Below are positions 27,904 through 36,496 of a DNA stretch of 64,000 nucleotides, piece by piece (the first letter of the stretch is position 1; every line of letters starts with the position of its first letter). The stretch comes from a virus. Its lineage: Duplodnaviria > Caudoviricetes. The stretch is from positions 1 to 64,000 of IMG/VR virus record IMGVR_UViG_2639763197_000004. One strand, written 5' to 3'. The notes under the pieces were generated by a model. The model was given only the letters and a program-made list of their open reading frames with translations, did not search any database and was not told where the DNA came from. A program made the translations under genes and the position numbers.

Positions 27904-28178
27904 TGTCTTCCTCCTTTGATCAGGGCCTGGAACGCGGCCGGGTCGTTTCGGGACAGTGCGGCGACACCATGAATAGCCATGGTGAGCGCATGTTCTGTTT
28001 CATCGAACGCCCCGGCGCTGCGGATCTGTTCCACTTCGCTCCTGGTGCCGCTATAGATTTCCATCTTGAGTTTGCTAGCGCCCATAGCCAGGCGCTTATC
28101 CTTGTCGCGCTTGCGCTGGGCGCGTTTACGCTCGCGAGCCAGGCGGGTTTTGCGCTGTGTGGGTGATTCGTCTGTCAT
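27900..28178 (-). CDS. Hypothetical basic protein
   Basis: ATG at 28178, immediately after ribozyme copy 1. Confidence 0.6.
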   Translation of the reverse strand: MTDESPTQRKTRLARERKRAQRKRDKDKRLAMGASKLKMEIYSGTRSEVEQIRSAGAFDETEHALTMAIHGVAALSRNDPAAFQALIKGGRQ

Positions 28179-28180
28179 GG

Positions 28181-28247
28181 GTGGCTGCTCATCAGTACCG
28201 GACAACCACGTCCGGCAGACCGCCCCAGCAAGTCGGGACGGTTTCGC
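28181..28247 (-). ncRNA. Hammerhead ribozyme type II, copy 1
   Basis: GC-GAAAC-stem III-GUC|stem I (UGCCGGAC/GUCCGGUA)-CUGAUGA-GC; loop GUGGUU pairs with 3' AGCCAC. Confidence 0.88.
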
Positions 28248-28919
28248 TTAGTGCAGGGCAAGCTGTTCCTGACCGTTAACCCCATGGTTTAAGCGCACAT
28301 CACCCGCTGCAAGAATGCCGTGCAGGGCGTCGGTCATCGCACGCACGCCATTGCCCTTGCTGGCGTTGCGGTCGCGACAGCCGAGCTTTTCCGTTTCTGC
28401 GTGATGCTTGAGCATGTACGCCGAAGTCGCCGGGGATGGTTCATCGTTACCGGCAAAAGCCATGACCTGCTTTCGTACCGCCGATACCCAGGCCGCACAG
28501 AACACGTCGGCGCGCTTCGTCTTGGTCGCGGTCTTGCAACGCTTCAACTGAGTGTTGATAAAGTCGCGTCGAGACTGCCGAACCTGGCGCAGCAATAGCG
28601 TCATGGTGTAGCTGGCCAACTCCGCCAGTTCGCCGATAAAACGCCACTCACCGATACCAGCCATGAACAGGACTTTGCAGGCGTAGGCTTGAGTAACGGC
28701 TCCAACCAGGTTGGCTTCCCATTGCGGCGGGGTCATCTTTGAACCACTACGGGCGGCACATTCGTAGACTTCGGATAGCTGGATATCCGATTCTTCTAAG
28801 CGATACTTTTCCATCAAGGCACGGGCCTGGCGCATGGCAGCGGCGGCTTCGTGCGGGTTGTCGCTTGCTGCCAGGCGCAGCAGTTTTTTGATCTTGTCTA
28901 AGGCTTTGCTGTGATCCAT
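28248..28919 (-). CDS. DUF2786-domain protein
   Basis: KIKKLLRLA.S.NPHEA.AA...A..LM.KY N-terminal motif. Confidence 0.8.
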   Translation of the reverse strand: MDHSKALDKIKKLLRLAASDNPHEAAAAMRQARALMEKYRLEESDIQLSEVYECAARSGSKMTPPQWEANLVGAVTQAYACKVLFMAGIGEWRFIGELAELASYTMTLLLRQVRQSRRDFINTQLKRCKTATKTKRADVFCAAWVSAVRKQVMAFAGNDEPSPATSAYMLKHHAETEKLGCRDRNASKGNGVRAMTDALHGILAAGDVRLNHGVNGQEQLALH

Positions 28920-28928
28920 GTCTTCCTC

Positions 28929-28994
28929 GGCTGCTCATCAGTACCAGGCAACCACGCCTGGCAGACCGCCCCCAGCAAGCCGGGACGGTTTCGC
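28929..28994 (-). ncRNA. Hammerhead ribozyme type II, copy 2
   Basis: Same core; stem I UGCCAGGC/GCCUGGUA has two compensatory pair changes relative to copy 1. Confidence 0.88.
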
Positions 28995-29216
28995 TTATTG
29001 AAGGGTCGTGGTGCTCGGTTGCCAGCGGCAGGCAGGAATGGCACCCAACATCTTTTCGCTGGCGACCAGGTCGAATAGCTTGTTGGAAAGTCGCACGGCT
29101 TCCGTCTGCCGGGGTGCGCCCAGGGGGCTGGTCGGTACGCCTGTCATATCGACGGTGACGGAGGGCTTGCCGTTGCCTTCGGTGCGGTCCTCCAGGGTGA
29201 TTGTGATCTTTGCCAT
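28995..29216 (-). CDS. Hypothetical protein
   Basis: 73-aa ORF with AGGA SD in the early operon. Confidence 0.6.
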   Translation of the reverse strand: MAKITITLEDRTEGNGKPSVTVDMTGVPTSPLGAPRQTEAVRLSNKLFDLVASEKMLGAIPACRWQPSTTTLQ

Positions 29217-29224
29217 GGGGCTTC

Positions 29225-29632
29225 CTATCGTTGAGTGTGGAAATTGATGTGGTAGTCGCGAGCCACCTGGCGCACGTACTTTTCGGTCATGTGGTGCTTA
29301 CGTGCGATCCACTTGGGTGAGTTGCCCAGTGCTGCATCTGCCATGATCAACGTGGCGTGCTTGCGGGTATCCGGCACGACTTCCTCAAGCTCGGCAGATA
29401 CAGAGGGCGAAGTTGCGGCCACAGAGACAAACAAGTGGGCATAGACCGGTGTCCGCTCTGGGTTAATAGTGAAGGTCGCAGGGGCGCTGCTCATCTGGTG
29501 GCCTACCTTCTGAATTTTTCCGCCGCGTCCCAAAAATTGCTCAGTCAGGCGGTCGAGGTTGGCGCGTTCAACATCGTGTTGCGGCGAGTGAATGGGCAGA
29601 GGATCGCTGCGGGTGTCGTGATAGCGCTGCAT
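29225..29632 (-). CDS. Hypothetical protein with C-terminal HTH-like segment
   Basis: FL.RGGKIQ motif; IARKHHMTEKYVRQV. Confidence 0.6.
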   Translation of the reverse strand: MQRYHDTRSDPLPIHSPQHDVERANLDRLTEQFLGRGGKIQKVGHQMSSAPATFTINPERTPVYAHLFVSVAATSPSVSAELEEVVPDTRKHATLIMADAALGNSPKWIARKHHMTEKYVRQVARDYHINFHTQR

Positions 29633-29634
29633 GG

Positions 29635-29913
29635 TCAGGCCCCCGATGCTCTGAAACCTGATTGGTTGCGTTTACCCAGCCACTGGATAAAGCGCGCCAC
29701 GGCGGTCATACCTTCACGCGGGTTTTGTGCCTCAGGAACACCGGGAACAAAGAGCGTTTCGTTGTCCAGTCGAGATAATCGAGCGCACGCGGTGAGGATG
29801 TCGCGGACCATTTTTTCTTCGCCGGTGGCTAGCGCAATGGCACCCTCTGGGAGGGTGACGCCGAAGTCGATATGGCCGGATGAAAAACAATAGGCGGTGA
29901 TGGTTTTTTTCAT
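29635..29913 (-). CDS. Small conserved Mu-like early protein
   Basis: AYCF.SG.I.FG and LFVPGVPEA motifs; start at ATG 29913. Confidence 0.6.
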   Translation of the reverse strand: MKKTITAYCFSSGHIDFGVTLPEGAIALATGEEKMVRDILTACARLSRLDNETLFVPGVPEAQNPREGMTAVARFIQWLGKRNQSGFRASGA

Positions 29914-29914
29914 T

Positions 29915-30535
29915 TCAAACTCCCGCGATATCGAGGCTGATAGCTTCGTACTGGTCAGTATCACCAACACGCTGATACACACGGATGTAGGACTTGGAGC
30001 CAACCACCTGACAGGCGTCACCAATGGCCTGCATGGCGCTCTGCCAGCGTTCATCTGTGATTTCCATACGGCGCAACGCCAACACACGGGCCGTGCGAAT
30101 GTCGCCTTTCTGGTCAGTCCGAAAGGCGTCATTCACCAGCGTGACAATTTCGGGGCGTGCCCCGGTGGTCCAGTCGCGTAGGCATTCATCAATCAATGCC
30201 CGCGCTGCCTGGAGGCGTTCGTCGAAGGCGATGCTTTCCTGGACGGCGCGCATGATCTTGTAGCGACCATCAAAACTAATCAGGCTGACATTGCCCTTCT
30301 TGCCGCCGATCTGAGCCCCGTACTGCTCGGCGCTCAACTCGACGAAGGCTTCGATATCGCCAAATGCCGCCGCTTTGAACTGCGACAGTACGGCGCTGGC
30401 TGCTCGGGCTTTTTCAACCAGTGCGAGAACCAGGGCGTCACGTTCCAGGTCGATAGGCTTGATCAGAATTTCGGGAATCAGCCGCTTTTGAGCGTCAACG
30501 CGGTAGCCTTCGGGAATGGTTTGTTGTTGTGTCAT
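29915..30535 (-). CDS. DUF3164 family protein
   Basis: GGKKGNV.L.SFDG, FDERLQAA, SKSYIRVY. Confidence 0.85.
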   Translation of the reverse strand: MTQQQTIPEGYRVDAQKRLIPEILIKPIDLERDALVLALVEKARAASAVLSQFKAAAFGDIEAFVELSAEQYGAQIGGKKGNVSLISFDGRYKIMRAVQESIAFDERLQAARALIDECLRDWTTGARPEIVTLVNDAFRTDQKGDIRTARVLALRRMEITDERWQSAMQAIGDACQVVGSKSYIRVYQRVGDTDQYEAISLDIAGV

Positions 30536-30546
30536 TGCAAGGTTCC

Positions 30547-30870
30547 TCAGTGGAGAGTCGGGCGCGACCAGTCAGCAGGACGGGCGGCGCTAATGGGTTC
30601 GCGCCATTCCAGGGTCACGCCCTGAAACTGCACGTTGTAACGAGTGCTGCCGGCCGTGCCGTGGCGTTGGTAGCCGTCGGTATGGCCGAGGTTGATCAGG
30701 CGCTGACCTGATTCGGGAGTGATCACCAGGAGATTGTTTGCAGGGTGAAACGCCTGCACGCGGATGCCATGCGCCTGCAAATTGCGGGCGGCGGCGTTAA
30801 ACACCCGCAGACGGTCTGCCAGGGTCGGGGTCAGGACTTTCAATGGCGTGCGGTTAGTGGAGGCGAGCAT
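30547..30870 (-). CDS. Hypothetical protein
   Basis: ATG 30870 with AGGAG SD; C-terminal FQGVTLEW. Confidence 0.6.
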   Translation of the reverse strand: MLASTNRTPLKVLTPTLADRLRVFNAAARNLQAHGIRVQAFHPANNLLVITPESGQRLINLGHTDGYQRHGTAGSTRYNVQFQGVTLEWREPISAARPADWSRPTLH

Positions 30871-31231
30871 GGGCGTTCTCCTGGTTGCAGCAGTCGGGGT
30901 TGATTGGGCAGTGTTGGCAGGCGCGCCAGTGCTGCATCGCCTGCGGGTTGTGAGTCGGTGCCGGTTTTTCGCGGTAGCTTTGGCACTGGTCAGAGGTGAT
31001 GGTCTCGTCCAGAGCGACGCATTCAATACGGCCCAGGGTTTCCATCACACGCCGCTCCACGCCCGCAGTGCTGGGGGATGCGTAGCGGTTGGATAGAATC
31101 AGACTGACGGCCGTGCGGCTCATACCAATGCGCTGGCTGGCCTTGGTTTTGTTGGTGGCTGCGACCTCGGCGGCAAGCAGGCGCACGAACAGCGGCGCTT
31201 CGCTACCCCAAGCGGACAGGTTGACGTTCAT
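30854..31231 (-). CDS. HTH plus Cys-cluster protein
   Basis: A..IGMSRTAVSL HTH; C..C motifs. Confidence 0.7.
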   Translation of the reverse strand: MNVNLSAWGSEAPLFVRLLAAEVAATNKTKASQRIGMSRTAVSLILSNRYASPSTAGVERRVMETLGRIECVALDETITSDQCQSYREKPAPTHNPQAMQHWRACQHCPINPDCCNQENAHARLH

Positions 31232-31842
31232 AGGTCAGCCTCCGCAGGTGCAGGCTGACGGAACACGACCTTGCCCAGGTTCGGGTCAAACACCTGCCCG
31301 ATTTTCTGAATCATCGGCGGACGGGGTCCGGTGTATTTGCCAGGGGCCAAGCGATAGCGAGCCTTTTGTTTCTGGCTGCCGGGCTGAACCTCAATCACAT
31401 AGCCCGCACGCTTGAGCCAAACCAGATAAGAGCCAGCGGTTGAGACAGTTGTCGGCGTTACGGTTGAGGCCTGGGCCGCTAACTCGTTGGCGTCCAGTTC
31501 CCCAAGAATGCGCAGCGTGCGCCACATTGCTTCGGTGCCTTTGCCCGAATTGCTTGGTTTGCCTTCCTTGGTGAGGGAAGGGGCTTCAGCACCTACGTCC
31601 TTGATCAACCGCAGTGTTTGCGCTTTAAACAGCTCACCGGAAACTACCTCGACAAAGTCACCACGTATCAGCGACTGCACGTAGGTATTGACGACAGTTC
31701 GGTCTGTTTTGGAACGCTGGGTAATTTCGGCAATTTTGAAGCCGTCACGGCCTGCACGGATGGCTTCCCAGATGCGCTGGCGATTGCTTTTGCTGCCGCG
31801 CATTTCCAGATCAATGGATTTACGACCACGACCGCCAGCCAT
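31228..31842 (-). CDS. Winged-helix-like protein downstream of B
   Basis: MWRTLR, YL.WL..AGY, TGPRPP, VFDPN; start at ATG 31842. Confidence 0.65.
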   Translation of the reverse strand: MAGGRGRKSIDLEMRGSKSNRQRIWEAIRAGRDGFKIAEITQRSKTDRTVVNTYVQSLIRGDFVEVVSGELFKAQTLRLIKDVGAEAPSLTKEGKPSNSGKGTEAMWRTLRILGELDANELAAQASTVTPTTVSTAGSYLVWLKRAGYVIEVQPGSQKQKARYRLAPGKYTGPRPPMIQKIGQVFDPNLGKVVFRQPAPAEADL

Positions 31843-32564
31843 CACGCGCCCCTCCGTACAGGAGCCTCGCCGGTAAACCAGCCCCGTGAGCCCCAGCCAG
31901 CGAGGTCGATGCTGTCGATGCACATGGCTTGGGTTTCGCTATAAACCTTGTAGAGATTGACAGCGACACGACGCAGGCAGCCGCGCACCTTGACGCGCAG
32001 ATCTTCCAGCAGGTCATCGGCAAAACTCAGTTTCGGATAGCTGGCCTGGGCCAGGGCGCGCAGATCGTCGAGGGTCGCGGGTTGAGCGGGCACCCACTCC
32101 AACACCCGGTTATGCAGGCGCTCCAGTTTGGCCAGGCTACCCGGCACACGTTCTTCCCCGATCAGCACAATGGTGCCCTGACTGGCGTTATAGATGTCGG
32201 TCAACACGTTGGCGACGGCCTTTTCCAGCAGGTATTGCACGTCGTCTATTAGCAGGGGGCGACCACTGCGGGACAGTTGCTCGGCAACCTGATCAACCAT
32301 CACCGACAGAGTCAGACCAGGTGCGATACCCATCTCGCGCAGGATGGCTTGCAGAAAGGCTTTTTTGCTCCAGGTGTCGCGACACTCGACGTAATAGGCA
32401 CGGTGCTGGTTGGCTGCGAAGGCCGCACCAACGCTTTTACCCAGCCCACTCGCGCCATACATCACCACTAGCCCAGGCAACCCCGCAGGGCGTGCATGGG
32501 CACGGGCAATGGCGGCAGACAACAGGCCGACATTTGTCAGGGGAACAATCTTGGTAACACTCAT
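31842..32564 (-). CDS. Transposition ATPase, MuB-like
   Basis: Walker A GASGLGKS, Walker B LLIDD; follows the transposase. Confidence 0.92.
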   Translation of the reverse strand: MSVTKIVPLTNVGLLSAAIARAHARPAGLPGLVVMYGASGLGKSVGAAFAANQHRAYYVECRDTWSKKAFLQAILREMGIAPGLTLSVMVDQVAEQLSRSGRPLLIDDVQYLLEKAVANVLTDIYNASQGTIVLIGEERVPGSLAKLERLHNRVLEWVPAQPATLDDLRALAQASYPKLSFADDLLEDLRVKVRGCLRRVAVNLYKVYSETQAMCIDSIDLAGWGSRGWFTGEAPVRRGA

Positions 32565-32588
32565 AATTCGACTCCTAAAGGTCTTGGG

Positions 32589-34649
32589 TTAAGCGCGGGC
32601 CTGGTCGGCGAACGCGAACATTTGCTGAATGGATTTGAAGTCCGGGTGTTGCGGGTAGCGGGCATGCCACTGCATTTCCTCGGCCGTCGGCGATTCGCCG
32701 CTAGTGATGCGGCCATCGATCAGGAGCCAGAGGCGGTATCGGGCGGTTGGGTCGGCTGGCAATTCAAAGGCCGAGGCCTGCGGTGCAGCCAATTGAGCGA
32801 AGCGCTGGGCCTCGGCGAGTTGGTCAGGCGACAGGTCGTACTGGCTCGACTGCGAAGCAATGACGCGCATTTCCACGTCTTGCCCGGTAATGGTTTTGGC
32901 TTTTTTGACCAAGCGGGACAACTGGCCGCGCTCGCGCTTCTCGCTGGCTTTTTCCAGCATTGTTTTCGGCATGGCAGGGCTAGCGTTGCCGTCGAGCAGC
33001 GCCTCGCCGATCAGATCGCCCTCCAGGGAGTGGACCCAAACACGGCTGGCGTCACGGAAGTCATAGGCCACGCGGACCTGTTCCCCGTGGAAACCGTCCA
33101 GGTCTTTAAGGAAGTAGGTGCCGCTGTTCCATTGCACCTGGCAACGGTGAACGGTGCGCTCGACCTGTGGCCGGGTCAGGCTCTCGACGATGTTGCTGTC
33201 AGCCAACAATGGTTCCCAGCCCTCGGCCTCTGCCGACTTCCAAGACTCCATTGGGCTTTGGTGGCGCTTGCGCATGGTCGCAAGGTCGCGGAATTTCGGC
33301 AGACCGCGATGTGGGCGGCGGTTGTAGTCATCGAGTGCTTCTTGCAGGGCCGCGAAGAACACCGAAAATTCAGGCACAACTGTCGGCGCGATACCCAGGG
33401 CGAGCTGTTTACGGGACAGCTTGTGGGTCTTGGTAGCGGCCTCTTTATCCATGTCGGCGCCGATGTAACTGTCGAACGTCTTGGCGAGCCGAACCAGAAT
33501 GGTTTTATGGGGGCGCTCAATTACGCCGCGAGCCTGGGAGTTGTAGGGCAGCGAGTGCGTGATAGTGCCGCCCAGGCGGTCGTTGACCTCATAAACAACG
33601 GCGTTGTCAAAGCCGCTGCCGTTGTCCACGTAAAACACCTTGTACATGCCGCAACGACTTACGCCGTCACGTAAGGTGTCCAATGTGGCTAGGGTTGACT
33701 CGGCCAGGTTGACGGAGAAACCGACGATACGGCGGGTGCCCCAATCAATGACCATGGTGATTTCCGGGCGGAAAATCTGCCCCGTCAATGGATTGATCAC
33801 TTCGGCGTCAAAGGTGTGGCCGTCAGCCACCCACACGTCATTCGGCCAGAGCATGTCGGCCTGACGGCGGTTATAGGCTTTTAAGGCGTTCAGTTCGTGC
33901 GGACCCATGCGCCCATGCTCACGCACCGACGGGCTGAGTTTTTTCAGCCAGCGGCGTACCGCGTGAATGCTGGGGCAAACACTGGAATTGATGTTCTGGT
34001 GCAATTGCTTGAACTGTTCATAAGCGGCTTCAACGCTTGGTTTCTGCGGGCGTTGGTAGTGCTTGAGGAATGCTTGCGCCCAGGACGGGACGCTCATGTC
34101 TTTTTGACGACGGGCCGGAGCCAGGCCTATTTCGCCGTGGGCGCGGTAGTCCGCCAGCCAACGCTTGAGGGTGCGCTCAGACAGGGTGCGGTCTTCGGTC
34201 TTGCGGTCGTTGGCGCGGATTACTCGGTCATTCAGATACGGACTGAGGTCGCCGGTTTTCGCCAACCCAACCAGGGTAAGAATGGCGCGGTTTTGGCTGA
34301 CTACCTTGCTCATGCGTTCGATTTCACGCACGAACGCAAGGCGCGCAGTCATTACAGAAGACTGTGAGTCGTTCAAGCGTGACGCTTTTTCTGAGTCACG
34401 CCCGGCTATTACTATGTGTGAATCAACTGCTGGCTCAGGTGTATTACTGACGACAGCCGCTGTTATGAGCGCAGCTTGGGTTTCCTTCGGCAAGACAGCA
34501 AATGCATATTCAGTGGCCTTGCTGCCAAGACGTCGCTGACCTTCCCAGCACTCACGCAAGGCAAGCTTACGGATACCCTGCACCGTGCCTGGCATGCTGG
34601 GCAGCCCAGCCAGCTCTTGGGGCGAGTACCAACTACGCATGGTCGTCAC
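32589..34649 (-). CDS. DDE transposase, MuA-like
   Basis: N-terminal Mu HTH; WVADGH, YVDNGSGF, ARGVIER catalytic motifs. Confidence 0.95.
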   Translation of the reverse strand: MTTMRSWYSPQELAGLPSMPGTVQGIRKLALRECWEGQRRLGSKATEYAFAVLPKETQAALITAAVVSNTPEPAVDSHIVIAGRDSEKASRLNDSQSSVMTARLAFVREIERMSKVVSQNRAILTLVGLAKTGDLSPYLNDRVIRANDRKTEDRTLSERTLKRWLADYRAHGEIGLAPARRQKDMSVPSWAQAFLKHYQRPQKPSVEAAYEQFKQLHQNINSSVCPSIHAVRRWLKKLSPSVREHGRMGPHELNALKAYNRRQADMLWPNDVWVADGHTFDAEVINPLTGQIFRPEITMVIDWGTRRIVGFSVNLAESTLATLDTLRDGVSRCGMYKVFYVDNGSGFDNAVVYEVNDRLGGTITHSLPYNSQARGVIERPHKTILVRLAKTFDSYIGADMDKEAATKTHKLSRKQLALGIAPTVVPEFSVFFAALQEALDDYNRRPHRGLPKFRDLATMRKRHQSPMESWKSAEAEGWEPLLADSNIVESLTRPQVERTVHRCQVQWNSGTYFLKDLDGFHGEQVRVAYDFRDASRVWVHSLEGDLIGEALLDGNASPAMPKTMLEKASEKRERGQLSRLVKKAKTITGQDVEMRVIASQSSQYDLSPDQLAEAQRFAQLAAPQASAFELPADPTARYRLWLLIDGRITSGESPTAEEMQWHARYPQHPDFKSIQQMFAFADQARA

Positions 34650-35073
34650 CGAGCATTTTTTTCAGGTCACGGACTTTTCGCGTTGCATCGTGCGCCACGC
34701 GCGATAGCCGTCCGATCTCCGCGTCCAAAGCCTCGCGTCCGTATGCAACACGGCCACCGCGCAGGTGTACCTGCCAATTAGTCAGGACATGGCTTGCACA
34801 AACTTCTTCCAGCAACGCTGCTCTATATAGAGGAAGGTTGTGATCTGTACGGGCAGGACTCGACCAAGCGTCTAACATGTTCTTACTTACGTCGTCGCCA
34901 GAGAGGCGGGACATGCGAGCCGCAATCTCATAGCGGTCTAGATCAGACTCTTTGAGGACTTCGCTCACAAGCTCGCTGACCTGAGCGCCGTAGTTGCCAA
35001 GGCCTGGTATAGAAAGCACAGGCTGCGGAACAGAGAAGATGTCTAAGGTTCTGTCGTCTTTTTGGTTACGCAT
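34633..35073 (-). CDS. Conserved early protein between ner and A
   Basis: R.EIAARMS.L.G..VSK.MLDAW motif. Confidence 0.7.
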   Translation of the reverse strand: MRNQKDDRTLDIFSVPQPVLSIPGLGNYGAQVSELVSEVLKESDLDRYEIAARMSRLSGDDVSKNMLDAWSSPARTDHNLPLYRAALLEEVCASHVLTNWQVHLRGGRVAYGREALDAEIGRLSRVAHDATRKVRDLKKMLGDDHA

Positions 35074-35075
35074 GT

Positions 35076-35411
35076 TCAGGCACTCCTTGCCGCTTTACAG
35101 TGTCCAACCGGCTGTAGTCCGGTATCCTTGCTGTAGGAAGTGTTTACTTCTGCACGGCTAGGTCGCTGCCGGTGCGGAGTGCCATCAGCGTTCCAGCGCT
35201 CCGGCCAAATGTCCGCAGGCTCTAGGCTCAGGACGATGGCAAGTGAGCGTTCAATGCGCGGATATGGGGTGTTTTTGGCGTTACGGATTGCGCGGTCGGT
35301 TACGTCTAGCTGGCGCGCAAGCTCAGCCATGGACGTGCCACGAACACGGAGTTGATATTTGATCCACTCCCATCTGCTGGCAGGGTCGGTGGGCATGACG
35401 ATATCGCTCAT
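35076..35411 (-). CDS. Ner-like HTH regulator
   Basis: WIK.QL..RG.S.A.LAR, YP..E..IWPER; divergent from the repressor. Confidence 0.85.
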   Translation of the reverse strand: MSDIVMPTDPASRWEWIKYQLRVRGTSMAELARQLDVTDRAIRNAKNTPYPRIERSLAIVLSLEPADIWPERWNADGTPHRQRPSRAEVNTSYSKDTGLQPVGHCKAARSA

Positions 35412-35477
35412 AGTTTTGAACCATCTTCACGGGTGGTTTTTTTGGGACGTCTAACGTCCTGTTGCGGATAAACATAT

Positions 35478-35510
35478 CTCGAAAACAGGATTCGGTAAAC
35501 TGTTTTCGAG
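35478..35510. promoter_or_regulatory. Inverted repeat; probable repressor/Ner operator
   Basis: CTCGAAAACAG-11 bp-CTGTTTTCGAG; a further TCTCGAAAACAGG copy lies at 35676-35688. Confidence 0.6.
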
Positions 35511-35570
35511 AGTTTCTATTCCCTTTTTCGGTTTCCGATCCCGAAAAATAGATTTAGAGCATAGGATTCA

Positions 35571-36290
35571 ATGCCTTACGACGAAAAGAAACAAAAGAAA
35601 CTCGCTGGAAAAGATGTTTCTTTTCCATATTCGGGATTGGAAACTCGAATTGCGGCTGTTGCCGACCTTTACGAGTCTCGAAAACAGGCTGCGCTGACAG
35701 CCGATGCCGCGCTGTCTTCACTCCAGCGCTGGATCGCAGGCGAAGGTATGCCCGCGTTTGACTCCGTAGCGTTGCTGGCTACCGCCAAGGGCGTCTCTCT
35801 GGACTGGATTGCTACGGGCAAGGGGGAGATGTTTGTGGGGGCGGCCAAAAAGGAGGCTGTGGCAGACACTGAGGGTGTCTATTCTCACGTACCGCTTTAC
35901 GACGCCCGCTGTAGTGCGGGCCATGGCTCTTGGACCGACGGGACTAAGGTGCTCACGCACCTGGCTTTCACGACGTACTCACTGCGTAAGAAGGGCCTTG
36001 AGCCATCTAAGCTGTCAGCTATCCGTGTGGATGGTGATTCAATGGAAGGGCTGTTAAGCGATGGCGACACCGTCATGATTGACCATGGCCGCAATTCGCT
36101 TGAGGGTGAGGCGGTCTACGTGATTCGTCTCGATGACCACCTCTACGCAAAGCGCCTGCAACGGCAGTTTGACGGTTCGGTTAGCATCATCAGTCAGAAC
36201 AAGGAATACCAGCCAATGGTCGTCCCCAAGGAACGCTTGGGAGACCTGGAAATAATCGGCCGTGTGGTATGGGCTGGTGGCTGGATCTAA
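35571..36290 (+). CDS. Phage repressor, HTH plus S24 autopeptidase
   Basis: SAG.G cleavage site, V.GDSM, KRL catalytic motifs. Confidence 0.9.
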   Translation: MPYDEKKQKKLAGKDVSFPYSGLETRIAAVADLYESRKQAALTADAALSSLQRWIAGEGMPAFDSVALLATAKGVSLDWIATGKGEMFVGAAKKEAVADTEGVYSHVPLYDARCSAGHGSWTDGTKVLTHLAFTTYSLRKKGLEPSKLSAIRVDGDSMEGLLSDGDTVMIDHGRNSLEGEAVYVIRLDDHLYAKRLQRQFDGSVSIISQNKEYQPMVVPKERLGDLEIIGRVVWAGGWI

Positions 36291-36496
36291 GTAATGCACC
36301 TATGTCAAAGAGCCCGCTAAATCTGGGCTCTATGACTAATTTCGATTGTTTACCCGCTTGCATTGCTTTGGCACCGTTTTTTCTGGTTTGCAGGACCATC
36401 CTTGCCTGCAACGTCCCGGTTTGCCTGGCTTGTCACGAGTTGTCCTGTTTTATCCAGCTTCTTCCCACCAGATCCTCCCCAGTGCCAAAGCTGCCA

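Noticed and set aside
28179-28205. ORF-track N-terminal extension of the 27900 gene (MSGTDEQPP)
   Set aside because: It overlaps the hammerhead core; ATG 28178 is the more plausible start
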